A stretch of 64,000 nt of DNA from NCBI RefSeq assembly GCF_036321535.1, contig NC_087437.1:89406001-89470000 (forward strand). The letters are read 5' to 3'. Of the stretch, positions 1-13,669 are shown one piece after another. A program made the position numbers and the translations under genes. The notes beneath the pieces are model-generated. The model saw only the letters and a list, made by a program, of their open reading frames with translations. It had not been told where the DNA came from and did no database searches. The first letter of the stretch is position 1. The number at the start of each line of letters is the position of its first letter. Source of the DNA: Camelus dromedarius. Its lineage: Eukaryota.

Positions 1-599
1 ATCATGCCTAAATCCAACACATCATAAAAGTCTCACGAAAAATGACTCATGCAAGATGATGCCTCCTTCTACAGACTGAAAACAATGATAGGAGGGTTTA
101 TTAAACTATATAATTATTTATCAACTAATTAACAAAGTCCAAGTAATATGAGAATTATAATGTATAAACTATGATTTGTTCCAAAAAACATTCAATGAAC
201 TAAGTATTATTATCCCTAATCTAAAAGTGGAAAAAAAAAAAAAACAACCTAAGATGAATAGGAATAATAACATTTACCAATAATTTACTTGGCTCTTAGT
301 ATGTCTGAGGCACTGTTATAACATAATTTATCTTTTTTCTATTACAGTAAGCTGTTATTTAACAAAATAGATAGATTAGTAGTGAACAAGTATTTTCAAA
401 GTAGTGTTTGATTTTTCACTGTTTGGTTTGACATTGTGAAAAGTTCCCTTTAATTTCAGGAAACTTACCAGATCACGATGACAATGAAATTTTCTCCTCA
501 GAGTGAAACAGTGTTCTCTGAAAAAGATGAACAGTGTGGAGTAGTGATTCATACTTAGAACTACTGACTGAATTTTTAGTAAATATTAATATTATATTG

Positions 600-832
600 A
601 AACTTCTAAACAATAAAAGAAGAATGCTGATCTTGGTGGTAAACAGTGTCATGATTCAAGAGGAAGAAAATGAAAAGGCTGGGAGAACTTTTGGAGGCAA
701 TGGATATATTTATTGTATGCATTGTGGTGATGGTTTCATGGATGTCAGCTTCTCTCCAAATTCATCAAATTGTGTACATTAAATACATACAGCTCTTTGT
801 GTCTCAGTCATACTTAAAAGTGGCTTAAAAAA
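600..832 (+). mobile_element. Old LINE-1 3' UTR fragment (L1MC/MD-like)
   Basis: gaacttttggaggcaatggatatatttattg...ggtgatggtttcatgg...aaattgtgtacattaaata resembles the L1M 3' terminus and ends in an A-rich tract. Confidence 0.75.
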
Positions 833-2959
833 GATAGCTGTTGAAAAGTCTCATAATCTCTGTACCTGACTTTATTACCTCTGAACACTATATGTATATT
901 CCTAATTATACATATGGAGTTCCCAATTATCAAGGTGGAGTTACTATTTGATGAATCAATCTCGTTTTTAAAGTTGTACATTCATTATGATTAAACTAAT
1001 GGACCTGCAAGACCCAGACTGTCTCCCATTCAATTTCAGATTATTACTTTACTGTAGTTTAGTAAATTCTTACCAATTATATAATGCTTTTACAGCCCTA
1101 CAGTGGAAACTGATTATTGATAATGCAATAAACACAGAACAAGTAATTACCTTTGGGGGGGAAAAAGTCTATCGTTTGTTCTTGTCTTCATACAAAAGTT
1201 GATGTGTGTATCATTTTCAGTCTTACTCTCTATTTCAGTTCTCATCCATAACTTATATCCATAGATCTGTAATAAAAAAAATCACTAAAATAAGGACAAA
1301 TAACAGCAAATAGCTGACACTTAGCAGTATCAGAATTTTTAACCATAGGTAAAAGGTTTATATTCTTGCTGCTGCTATAAAATTTTCTACAGATTTCAGA
1401 ATAAGTGAGATTTTAGATACAAAAAAACTGTGTTCAAGTGTCAGTTTAATTTGATGTATATTTTGAAAAAAAAAGCACAAGAATTCTTCACGTCCTAGTT
1501 CAAATAGATTTTGAACAGATTCTTTATCAAGACTGTTACTATCTTCATAAAGGAAACAATACAGACTGTACAACGTAAGTTTCCAACATTATTTTACAGA
1601 TTTTTACTTACGTAAGCAAAATTTTTTACAATTTAAAAATGATTCTTTCTTCATACTTGCTATTACCTAAATGATCCATGCTCCCCGATATTGCCTCGTT
1701 ACTGCCTTCTTAATAAATAAACTGTTGTTGAGATAAATAGACATCCACCTCTGATTGATTAGGAAACATTTTTAAAGTGATTTTACATAGGCATTTTTTC
1801 TTCTCCAGAATATCTTAGCAAAATCAAAGAGGAACTCTTTCTTTTATCCAAGCTTTGAGTAAGCAATGTAAACTAACCTTATATTGTAGAAAAACTTTTT
1901 CTCTCATTAAGCCCCTGCTAAGAATTCTGTATTAAAAAGAAAAGCCTCACTCTAGGGATGGCTGGATTTCTGCTGAATATGATGCATTTTCTTCCTTGGA
2001 AATTGTTTGGGGATTCTTTAAGATAGAAGATCTGTGTAAAAGTTATTATTATTGGTTACCTGTCTTCGTTCCTTGGTTCCTATGTTGGCTATTTCCCAGA
2101 GGTAATTTTCACTAGACCTTACACTGTTACACTCTAGACCTTCACCTCTTTTTGTTTGCTTCACTCGGTACTCTCAGACTCACAAATGTACAGGGAAAGA
2201 GAGATCTTCCTTTGATTCTTTGATTGATTTAGGGAAGCAGGTGCACAATTTTGTGACCTGACTTTTTTTTTTCCTGCAAGTCTTCTCTTTCAAGTCCCTT
2301 AATCTGATATAAAGGACATGGTAGTCTCTAATCACACTCTAATCTCTATTGGTCTAAATCCAAATAATTTCCTTCCACACCCTGCCTGGTTGAGACTTAA
2401 ATCCCTTATTATTCAATGATCCTATTTTTAAACTCTGCTTGGGAAAGCAGTGGTGACTTTTGATGCTAATCCTATTCAGTCCACTGACTCTATCCCCTTC
2501 AGGGAAATGGCCAAGGATTGTAAGGGGGTAAATATATAGCCAGCCGCATAATAAGAGAGGACAGCTAAGTTAGAATTTTCAAAACTACAGAGGATAATAA
2601 AAAAAGAGTTGTTATAGTAAAACCCAAGTGTATTTATTCTGATGAGCTATCTATTCGTTACATTGGAAATAACTAGTTAAGTCCTTTAGTCACAGTTTTT
2701 CATAGCCTAGGAGTTCATAGCTGCAGGATTGTAGGATAAGCATTTGATTTTCTATTCAAGGCAACAGCAATGGCAAGTCCTCGGTCAGAGCCTTCAAATG
2801 AAAATTGAATCTGACCACATTCCGTGTTCAAATTCTAAATGAGTATGTTAATTACTATGGTAAATAACTCTTAGGTGGTTCTTTCTCAGTTTTCTGTTTG
2901 GAAGTTAAAAGTGGCCAAAAAATAATAAATATAAGGAAGAAAAAAACATACAGCAGAGG

Positions 2960-3118
2960 AAGCTCTGGGCTGGGTGTCAGGACACCCGGCTTCTCTGTTT
3001 TACAGCCCCGTGATGGTCAAACAAGTATATAGGGTGTAGATTCTAAATCAATTTTTAATATAAAGAGAGTGTTCAGATAAAACATTATGAAGCCACTTTA
3101 GTATTAAAAGGCTATGAA
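2960..3118 (+). mobile_element. Degenerate MIR-like SINE fragment
   Basis: ctctgggctgggtgtcaggacacccggcttct head and ...aaaaggctatga tail resemble MIR; highly diverged. Confidence 0.4.
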
Positions 3119-3120
3119 GT

Positions 3121-3626
3121 TGTTGGGAAAGGCAGCCTTACACGGACATCCTTTCTACCCCTTCTGGCTGCAGGAGAATGGGTCTTGGGCCTGGGGTACT
3201 TCCTTAGCAGGAGATGAGAGCTGCTCAGAGCCAGTGCCAGGCTGATCACCTTGTGGGGGTACAACTTTCCCTGCTGCAGATGCAATGTGTGCTCCTTTGT
3301 TCTGCTTCACTGTCTGTATCATGGCACCTGGCCAACCCCACTGCTATGTCTGTCCTCTGTAAGGAGGAATGAAGCCTTTCTACTATAGCACAAGGGTGCA
3401 TGCAGACCAGCTGTCTGCGTCGACTGCCAGGAGGGACCCACTGGCCGTAGGGGACTGAAGTCCACTAAGGAAGCTGATCTTGCTCTGTTTCTTCTCTCTT
3501 TGAGTCAAGCATTGTTCAACCAGTGCTTGATTGCACTGTGTCTCCCTGGAAATTGTGGTGGGAATACTAAAGAGGTGACACCTGGAGAAACAGGTTCCCT
3601 CATCCTGTGTATGACGACTCAATACA
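3121..3626 (+). mobile_element. Old solo LTR (probably ERVL class)
   Basis: ~500 bp GC-richer block starting tgttgggaaaggcag and ending ...aataca (TG...CA); gaatgggtcttgggcctggggtacttcctt resembles old eutherian LTRs; no TSD visible. Confidence 0.6.
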
Positions 3627-3699
3627 TGGGCCTGCGCCTGCCTCCAAGGTCAACACCAAATTAGACAGAGCAAAGGATTTGAGAAAGGAGGTATTATAT

Positions 3700-5910
3700 A
3701 AACCACCAACCAAATAGTTTAGTCCCAGATGAACTCCTGAGTGGCTCATGCACAGGAAGACATAGACACACAGCAAACTTCATAGGTGCACTGACATTGG
3801 AGCTACTGCCCACAGAAAACGAAACAGAACTTGCCTTCTGAACCTAACCATGTTAACTGCCTTATAAAGTAGCAACAGCAACTATAACAACACAACAAAC
3901 ACAAAATTCTCCAGAGGATTTGACTAGATCCTCCAGAGGGGATCTCCAGGATCCCCCAATATAATATTCCAAATGTCCAGGATATAATTCAGAATAACAG
4001 TATAGCAAAGTCAGGGAGTAGGGAGACAAAGGAAAAACTGATTAATCATCAAATAAAAAGAGAAAATATGTCAACTCAAGATTGCCATGAAAATGAGATT
4101 ATCACAGAAAGACCTTATGAGAACTCTTGAGACATAATCCATGAAGGAAGGGTAACATTCCTCAATGGGAAGTAGAAAGTTCATAGCAGAAAAATCAAAA
4201 TCATAGAAAAGATCTAAATAAAAATTTTGGAAATTAAATATAAAATACCTGAATTTCAAAAATGCTAGATGGCCTCAATTGCAGAATAAGGATGAAAGAA
4301 AAATGAATCGGTGAAACTGAACATAGATCAGTAGAAATTTTCTAATACGAAGAGAAAAGATAGAAAAAAAAATCACTGAATGAGCCCCTCCCCTTCTATT
4401 CAATTTCATGCTGGAAGTCCTAAACAATATAGCAAGGAAATAAAAAGAAATTAGCAAGATAAAGTTTAGAAAGATGAAATAAAACTGTCTGTATTAATAG
4501 ATTCTATAATTTTCTATAGAATCTCATGGAATCTACACAAAATACTTCTATAACTGATAGGTTAGTTGAGCAAGATGGCAAGAGACAAGACAAAAATCAG
4601 TTTTTTTCTAAATAGTAGCACTGAACACTTGGAAATCAAAATTTGCAAGAGCACATACACAAAATCAAGAGTTTAAAAAATGGAGAGTTTATACTAAGTT
4701 TGTAATTGGAAGACTTACTAGCATTATATCAACACTCTTCAAACTGACCTATAGATCAATATAACTCAAATCAATATTCCAAAAGAATTTTTTATAGATA
4801 TTAAAAAGATTGTTCTAAAATTTATATGGAAAAGAATAGAAGAGTTGAGTAACTCATATTATACAATTCCAAGACTTACTATAAAGCTACAGTAATCAAG
4901 ACAGTGTGGTATTGCCAAAGAATGCACATATTGATCAATAGCACAGAATGGTGAGTTCAGAAATAGACCCACCATATACGATTGATTCATTTTCAACAAA
5001 GGTAAAAATCGTAATTTAAGGTGAAAGGGTAGTCTTTTGAACAAATGGTACTGGAAAAATTGGATATTCATGGATAAATAATTAAACTTTTACCTATAGC
5101 TCAAAATAAACCATAGATTTAAATGTAAAACCTAAAACTTTTAGGAGTGATCATAGGAGAAAAATCATTGTGGCCACATTTTAGGCAAATGTTCTTAGAT
5201 ATGACACCAAAGCATGCGCCATCTAAAAACACAGATAAAATGAACTTCATCAAAAGAAGCAAATAAGCAACTTTTTAAAATAAGCAACATCATCAAAACT
5301 GACAATAAAAATGTAGGTCAAGATGCAGAGCAATTAAACTCTAATACATTGCTGATGGGAAGGCAAAACAGTACAGCATCTTTAGAAGGAGTTTAGTAAT
5401 TTCTTAGAAAGATAAACATATACAAACTATATGACCAGTTAGTATCTACCCAAGAAAACTGATAACCTGCTTGCAAATGTTTATAGCAGTTTTATTTTTA
5501 ATTGCAACTGGTTAAAAAAAAACAACCCTGTGGTACCTCTAGATGATGAAACACTACTCAACAATAAAAAAGGAATGAACTACTACTGATACATATAACA
5601 ACATGGATAAACCACAAATGCACAGTAAGCAAAATACACTAGACTAAAAAGACTACAAACAATACAATTCCATTTTCCCCCTACCCTGGAAAAGGTATAA
5701 TTTAAAGAATGGAGAACAGTTCTGTGGTTGTTAGGAATTAAAAATAAGGGGAGTGATCAACTCTAAAAAAGCAACACAAGGAAATGTTTTGGGTTGATGG
5801 AACTGTTCTGTATCTCTATTATAGTGGTGGTTAAATGATTCTATGCATTTATCAAAACTCATACAGCTGTACACAAAAATGAGTGAATTTTATACTAGGT
5901 AAATACGAAA
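3700..5910 (+). mobile_element. Old LINE-1 (L1MC-like): 5'/ORF1 remnant fused to the 3' half of ORF2 and the 3' UTR
   Basis: From ~4385 a degenerate PLLFNIVLEVL...KLSLF RT segment (ccccttctattcaatttcatgctggaagtcct); acttactataaagctacagtaatcaagacagtgtggtattg; 3' UTR ttgatggaactgttctgtatct...aaaactcatacagctgtacac; many stops and frameshifts. Confidence 0.88.
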
Positions 5911-6039
5911 AATTGTATTTCCTTAAATGTAGTGTCTATTTTTCCTAGTTTTCTAGCTATATCCTCTTTTCTGTTTGTTTACTGAAAAAGTAGGCATCGG
6001 TGGTGACAATTTGCCAAATACTAGAAAATAGATAAACAT

Positions 6040-6260
6040 TTAAAAAACAAAAGGAAGATATTTTGCCTTCATGCAGCTTACTTTCTATTGGGAGGAAACA
6101 CACAATGAACGTGGTTATTAAGCAAAATATAGACTATGTTATTTGATGATAAGAATTAGGAAGGAATTAACAAGTGTTAGAGTGGTAGTATCATTTTATA
6201 GGATGGTAGGGAAGATATCACTGGCCAGAGAAAACCTCACTGAGGAGATGCTATTTACTT
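6040..6260 (-). mobile_element. L2 3' fragment
   Basis: ttgccttcatgcagcttactttctattgggagg and cctcactgaggagatgctattt are reverse complements of L2 3'-end motifs. Confidence 0.7.
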
Positions 6261-7799
6261 AATAGTGAATCATCATGAATTAAATATCAGTTGCCTTTTT
6301 CTATAGGCAACTGAGAAATGATGAGAAAAAAACTGTGTTTTTATGTATCATCTATGATAACAGTGTAGAAAAATTTGAAAAAGGGTGGTACAAAATCCTT
6401 CCTAACTTTTATCCAAAAGACTTTTTATTATACTTTTAAGAATCAGCCTAAAAAAAAAACCCTTTAATATTCATAGCTACATTTTGTGCTAAATTGCTCT
6501 GAAAATTCTCAGATGGTCTCATCTCTTGTTATTAGGAAGCAGTGGGGTAGAAAGAAACAAGGTGTTTCCATAAAATACATGGACAGTGATTGCTGATATG
6601 ACATTTACAAGTATGGGAAATAATGTGATATTTTTGTATTATTGCATAATTCTGGAAGTTAGCACTAGTGATATTAGACAGCCATACTAAATATATATAT
6701 GGGTAAGAAAAGACATAAATTCAAAATGGCAGAATCAGGTCTTATTTTGAAGCAGCAAAAGTCTTAAAGTGCTACTAAAAAAATGAAAGGTATTATCAAG
6801 GTATAAAGACACTGGAAACACGAATCCCAATCAAAATACCAATATAACAACAACTATGAATTCATCATTAATTTCTTTTAAATAAATGTAATTGGTAGCA
6901 GTTATTTATTTAAGTTATAGATATTTAATAATACCATTTTTAATACTCTATGATAGTTAATTCCAATTATAAATAAGGTACACTATTAAATGTTCATGCA
7001 TTTTATTGAAATACTTCAAACGGTCTTTATATTTGAGCTGGAATCATAAAACCCTTCTGGCTTATGTAATGCAGCATTATAGGAAACTGGGCAGAACAGA
7101 TCTCTTTACAGAGTGTTTGTATCTCTTATCTTCAATTGTATAAAATATACTTCCATTAAGAGTATATCTGATAAATTATGCTCTTAAGATTAAAGTGTGA
7201 AAATATAGTTCATCCCCCCTCTTAAAAATATAGAGTCTTCTCTTTCTAGGAAATCAATATTGCACTGTCTTGTACCATAATAGCTGTTAAGTAATAGGCA
7301 CTTTATAGTTTAACTGCCTTAAAGACTCTTCTGGCTTTTCCATTTCTATTCTGCTCTAAATTTGCCTCATTTTAATTTTTCATCTTTTTCTATAGAGGTA
7401 AATTTAATCTTTTATTACTTGTGCCTGTTATGTGCTTGAATGGAGGCCCATGAACCCTTTGCTCTTTTCTACTGTTGTTTCCTTTGAAAACTATTACTAA
7501 TGATTCTAGGGTACTTTTTTCCCATTTCCCCCATCCTTTTACTATTATAACATCAAAAGGAAAAGGGTATGAGGAGAAGCTTTGAATATTGGAATGTCTG
7601 TACTTGAATGCAGGATCTTTTGTCCATCACGCCTCACGGTAATAGCCGAGCTTCACCTAGTGTACAACAGGACCTCCTAGGCCCCAGCAGCACTGAACCT
7701 CAACCCGCTTCCTGCTTCTCAGTATCTGCAGTCACAGAGGCAGTGCACAGGATACAATAAGGTTGGTGATACCCTGCTTACATAATACAGACTTGTAAA

Positions 7800-7975
7800 T
7801 ACTATCACAAATTCTAAACTGTTTCTCATAAAAACCCAAGAAGTAGGTATTGTGGACAGTCATTTTCCTTCTATCACAGTTCAGGATGCTATGGCTCAGA
7901 GAACTTAGGTAGCATGCCAGAAATCACCCAGCAGGGAAGTTAATGACCTAGCACTGAAACCTGGTCTTCAGTCCC
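7800..7975 (-). mobile_element. MIR SINE
   Basis: aagtaggtattg...cattt...ggctcagagaacttaggtagcatgccagaaatcacccagcagggaagt matches the reverse-complemented MIR core. Confidence 0.7.
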
Positions 7976-9329
7976 CTTCACTTCAACTCAATGCTTTTTT
8001 GGCAAAGCACTACATTTAAAATAAAATATACGGAAGAAGCTTCTACCAGACTCCACCATGAGGTAGTTATTGTACCAGTGTTCATGGCAAGAGTGCTGAA
8101 CTCAACTTTACATTGTCTGTGAACGTACCAAAGCGTATGTGCAATCTGAATGTTCAAGCGAGTGAAATAACCATGCTGCCAGTAGTTGGTTTTGGTCACA
8201 ATGACAAGCAAATAAATGTGTTGACCATAACCCTTGTAAGTTTGACTATGTATAGATCCCTTACTGAGTTAGTTTAGAGCACCATATTCATTGTCCTGAT
8301 TCACACATCAACGTGGATATAAAGTTATTTAAAAGGGCACAAAAAATCACCTAGATGTCAATTTTACTTCATTTTTTGACTGCATTACTCTCTTTTCTCA
8401 ACATCGGCAGCTTCATTTTGTTTCTTACACATTTCAGTCATAATATGTACTTGTATTACTACTCTCCAGGTATCAATATATTATGTTCCCAAACAAGTAT
8501 TAAATTATTTAAGAACATAATGTTTTATAATTCCTTACACATAACTAAAATACATGCTAATCGACTGACTGAAGATAGACATGGCAGCATACACACAGCA
8601 GATATCATCTGCCTTAATTCAATGTTCATTCACTGAGCACAACTTCTTATTAACATTTATATATCTGAGTGTTTTCTGCATTCATTATTTAGAAGTATTG
8701 CCACAACTTTAAATAACCAATCAATAGAAAAAAACTAAGGCAACAAATTTCTCTATATTTAAATCAGGTATACTCATATTCGAGTATGCATGGCAATATA
8801 ATTAGTTGAATTTTCACATCCAATTACCATAAACTCCAATTTTTAAAAGCTACTTCTCTACCTAAAGTTCATGTTATAAACAAACACCAATTAATTCTTT
8901 TCTGTTATGTTTCACATCACATCTTAATGTCATTTGCTTTATTACAGTCTGCACTCACTGTTTACTGTGCCCATTATTCTGTTGCTACTCAATAAAGTGT
9001 TGTTTTATTAATTTTATGAGATTTTTCATTGAGAGAGTTAATTTACAAACACACACAAATGCACACTTACACATTCTGTACCAGTATTGGTACTTAACAG
9101 AAGAAAGATGAATGCCCTTAGCAAAAAAACTATTTGGTATCTCAAGAATGGATAATAAAATAATTTTTACTATGCTAACAGAAATCACAGAAGTTAAGAA
9201 GTAAGAGGACTGAATTTTATATGGAGGTTTCAATTTAAGTCCCAATTTAATTGTAAATTACCTATACTATTAAGTAAGTTATACTCGGGCTGAGCTCCTT
9301 CATTGGTAAAATAAATATGGTGAGTGGGG

Positions 9330-9860
9330 AAAAGACAGATTACTTAAAATTAGTTTGGGGGGTAACTGCCTAATTATTTGTAAGAAAATAAACCTGAACA
9401 TCAAACATACTCCTTAAGCTAAAATAAATTCTGTGTGCTTAAGGATTTAAATACACACTAAAAGTCATAAAAAACTAGTATTAAAAGTGATTTTATTTTT
9501 AGTTGTTGTATATTTTAGAATTGGGGAAATCCTTTATAATCATAACTGAGGACTCAGAAGCTACATAGAAAAAATGTAGTTGATAAATATTAGACTGAAT
9601 TCCGAAACTACATAGAAAAAATGTAGTTGATAAATATTAGACTATATTCTTAGGTAAATATAAACAATTTTAAAACACAAAAATATAAATTGGATAAAAT
9701 ATAAACCATGTGAGAGGTAAAAGGTACTGTCCTTAATATGCCAAAATCTCTTAAAAACAATAAAATTTTTAAAACAATAAAAAGGAGTACAAGATGAATA
9801 GAAGTTGAGAGAGAGAAAAAAGTATATTAAAAAAAGGTGCTTTTCTGAATTCTCCATTTG
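9330..9860 (+). mobile_element. Very old LINE-1 ORF2 3' remnant (L1ME-like)
   Basis: A-rich; aaaataaattctgtgtgcttaaggatttaaat and ttggggaaatcctttataatcataact resemble the L1 ORF2 C-terminal region. Confidence 0.55.
9561..9643. repeat. Perfect 36-bp direct duplication with an 11-bp spacer
   Basis: ctacatagaaaaaatgtagttgataaatattagact at 9561-9596 and 9608-9643, spacer gaattccgaaa. Confidence 0.97.
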
Positions 9861-9960
9861 AATTGTTTGACACAAATCTTGCCCAATAAAACCATCTGGA
9901 AATTGAAGATAACATTATTATGGAATTATACCTTAGTTCCTAAGGAAGATGAAGAAATGG

Positions 9961-10048
9961 GGAAAGGGAAGGAGGACATGGGAAGAAGAGAGAGAAAGGA
10001 AGCAGGAAAGGGAAGGAGGACATGGGAAGAAGAGAGAGAAAGGAAGCA
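9961..10048. repeat. Perfect 44-bp tandem duplication in a purine-rich tract
   Basis: ggaaagggaaggaggacatgggaagaagagagagaaaggaagca at 9961-10004 and 10005-10048. Confidence 0.97.
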
Positions 10049-10420
10049 GAAAAGTAAAACGGTAAGAATATAAGCAGATATTGTCATTACCCAGGGAATC
10101 GTATGTTGATCTAAGTAAACTAGATTAGTTTTTAACTTCACAAGAACAGAGAAATAGATCATAAGTCTGTGAAAGGTCAAAAATTAGAGATGTAGCCAAC
10201 ACTTGAAGAACTTCCAAGTCAGTGAATGGCTGGATTAAAAAGCAAATATGCCCAGAGCAGGAGGGAGGTACCAAGGAACCCTATTTCTTTTTGTTGGAAA
10301 TTTGAAGACCTGTGACTCTTAATGCCTCTGAACAGATAGAGGGATAAAACTTTTTAATCATCTGCATTGACTGGAAATTCTCAAGCTAAGAAATCAATGT
10401 AAAAGTCTATTCTAGTCAAG

Positions 10421-10837
10421 TGTGATGGCTAATTTCATACGTCAACTTGACAAGGCACCCAAATATCTTGGTACCCAAATATTTAATCAGATTTCACAGA
10501 TGTTTCTGTGAAGGTATTTTTTGAGTGGGGCTAAAATTTAAATCAATAGATTCTGAGTAAAGCAGATTGCCCTCCATAATGTGAGTGGGTCTCATGTAAT
10601 CAATTGAAGACCTCTAGGAAAAGACTGACATACCTCCAAGAAGAAGAAAAAATGCCAGGAGATTGCCTTAGGTCTTGAACTGCAACTCTTGCTGGAGTTT
10701 CTAGCCTGCTGGCCTACCCTGCATATTTTGGTCTTGCCAGCCTCCACAATGGCACAGGCCAATTCCTTAAAATAAAACTCTCTGTATATACACACATCTT
10801 ATTAGTTCTATTTCTCTGGAGAACTGTGACTAATACA
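10421..10837 (+). mobile_element. MLT2-family solo LTR (ERVL)
   Basis: Starts tgtgatggctaatttcatacgtcaacttgac; contains gagtaaagcagattgccctccataatgtgagtggg and a polyA signal; ends tttctctggagaactgtgactaataca. Confidence 0.92.
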
Positions 10838-10859
10838 GTAGGTGATACATTTGGAAATA

Positions 10860-13620
10860 TTATGGGAAACACTTGCAAAACCACTCTGAAGGGATGTTAT
10901 AATCTAGTCCAGGGATACTCACAGGAAAACAAAACCACCAAATAAAAAGTCAAAAAGTCCTCTAAAAACTCAGCTCACACACAAAATATGCTAAAACACA
11001 CTAGTTAAAAAAATCCACTATGAGGCAGAAACAGGTCAGTTACAGAGTAGCATAGTCTATGTAAAATTTCAGTAATCTGAAATAGAAAGTTAAACAGGTA
11101 TATTTAATATTATTACAGTCGTAAAAGAATAACTGAATGTGTAGGAGGGTGAAAAACTACCTGTAGATTTGAGACAGGCCCAAATAGAACAATTAAAAGT
11201 GAAAATGTATAGACAATGAAATTAAAATAATAAACTCATAATTTCTAATTTCTACAAATTAGAAATAGTTGAAGAGAAGATTGGAGAACTGAGTCATTGC
11301 ACTAAATAGAATGCAGCACAGAAAGATGGAAAATATGACATAGTGAAGAGACACTGAGGTTAAAATGAGATAATCTAACCTTAACACTTGAATTCTCAGA
11401 GGAAAGTATGAAAGTGAGGCAAAATATTGAAATTCCATGAGGACACACACATTCCTTGTTCATACCATACGTTCTTTGTCATATCATAGTGAAATTACAT
11501 AGTAATAAAACAGAAAATAGTATTGAAGCCACTAGAGAGAAAGGTGGCTTATTTACAAAGGAATCTCAGACTCACCCTTGAATTCTCAATCACATCATTC
11601 AAAGAAGATGACAAAGGAAAACATCTTCAACATGCTGAATGAAACCATATATATATCTAAAAGGCTATACTCTGGCAAAGTGCTTCTTAAACCTGAGGTT
11701 GAAATGGAGTTTCTAATGGAAACTAAATAATATTTACTATTTCTGGATCCTGATCTATTATTCAGCTACTATTCATCAAAACCACCATAATAGTTGCTAA
11801 AACATTGAAATAATTCCATCAGCAGGAAAACAGCTGATGGTCTAAGTCTTGTGATTGTCTCTCTCTTGATAGAATGGAATAGGAGAAATACTATTAGTCA
11901 CACAAATCATTAAGCATTTGGTTAAAAATAAGGCAAGCACTGACTGTATAAAATAAGGATAATTATACCAACTAATATTTAGATTATAAAAAGTATATAG
12001 AATTAAAATGCTAGACAAAAGTAACATGTAAGAGAGAAGGAAATGTTTTCAGTAATGGCATTATGATATCCTTGTATTTTTGAGTTAGTTTTAGAGAAAT
12101 TAACTTACTTTTTGCTAAATAAACTTCAAGTATCAAAGCTAATAAAAATTGGCCATCAAAAAGCAAATCTCAACAAATTTCAAAGAACTGTTAGCAAACA
12201 GGCCACATTATGCTGCCACAGAATAATTTAAAAATAAATAATGAAATAGTAATTACCAAGCATTATCATTGGGAATCTATAAAACACCCTTAAAATTTAC
12301 CCATTAGTGAAAATAGACTTCAAATTGTAAATAAAACATACCCAGAACTCAACCATGAAATTCTCACATATGCAGAACCTGTGAAATGCAACTAAATAAT
12401 ACATAGAAAGTCTCTGGAGAGGATGGTCAAGCACGAAAATGGGCAAAAAACCCCAAATAGTTTGTAAAGAAAAACAAAATAAGGATTGGAAAAACCAAGT
12501 ACAAATAATCTTTAAAATAGCAGTAATTGATGATTTGTTGTACAAAACCTAATTTTCCACTACTTAACTCATAAAGTAACTGAAAATCTCAACAGTCACA
12601 TGCCATTAAGAAAATCAAACCATTCTTCCACCTTCCTAACCCACATTTAAAAAATACATTTCAAATTTATCTAGGTCCAGCCATTTTATATGAAAGTATC
12701 TTAAAGTCTTTTAGAAACAGATATTTGTCTTATTCAAATAATTTGGCATTAAAGGAAAAAAAGAGACATACACCAAGAGACTGTAACCTTGACACAAGAC
12801 TACACAAGAACATAGGAGAAGCATCATAGTGACTCAATTAAAAATGTGTAAAAATTCTAAAGAATAATCGAAACAAATTAAGTATTAGCAAATCATCACT
12901 AAGTCAAATTACTCAAAGAATATAGAATTTTATACTTAAAATCTTTAAGAGAAAAAGAGAACTATCATCTCAATAAACTATTTTATAATAATATAATAAA
13001 AAGTAAGGCTCAAACTCTTCACAACTTTGTATATACTTAAAAATGAATTACCATTTTTCATACCTAGTATTGATAAGAACATAGAAGAGGGATAAATTGC
13101 TGTTCCTTGTGGCTTCTACTTAGTAAAAACTGTGAAACAGTGCATACTCTTTCCCTAAGCAATCTTTTCTCTAGTAATCTACATTAAAGGAATAATTCAA
13201 GCAATAATAAACCTCTGTGGATGTTCATTTTGCATTATCCATAATAGCAAAAGCTGTAAACAACTTAAATCAAAAAGTGATTATTTAAATAAATTATGGC
13301 TTAGCCATACAGTGACGTATTTGTATTTGTGGAATGAGGTAGATCTCTAAGAACCATCATCGAAATGTGTCGGTGATATATTGTTGGGTGAAAAAGTACC
13401 ACAACCATATGAACAGTCTAAAGCAGTATGTGGCTTGAAAAAAAAAAAAAAAAAAAACTACCTGTTTATGTATTCATAGAAAACGTCTAGGAGGATAGAC
13501 ACGAAACTATTTATAGCGGCTACCTCTGGGACATGGAATTGGAGTGAGTTTTAATGTGAATTTGTTTATTCTGCCTTACAGACCTTTGCATTGTTCCTTT
13601 TTAACCACCAATACTACTTT
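10860..13620 (+). mobile_element. Ancient, heavily decayed LINE-1 (L1ME-like): ORF1, ORF2 and 3' UTR remnants
   Basis: ORF1-like gaagagaagattggagaact...aatgcagcacagaaagatggaaaatatg; aaatctcaacaaatttcaaaga; 3' UTR gatgttcattttgcattatccataatagcaaaa...gcggctacctctggg. Confidence 0.7.
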
Positions 13621-13669
13621 TAAAATAATATTAGAATAAATGATCACTAAATGATTAACTTTTATACCT

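Noticed and set aside
7978..8211. CpG-containing 77-aa minus-strand ORF
   Set aside because: No recognisable homology or splice signals
9561..9643. CRISPR-like repeat-spacer-repeat (36-bp repeat with hairpin)
   Set aside because: Only two copies, an 11-bp spacer, mammalian DNA and no cas genes
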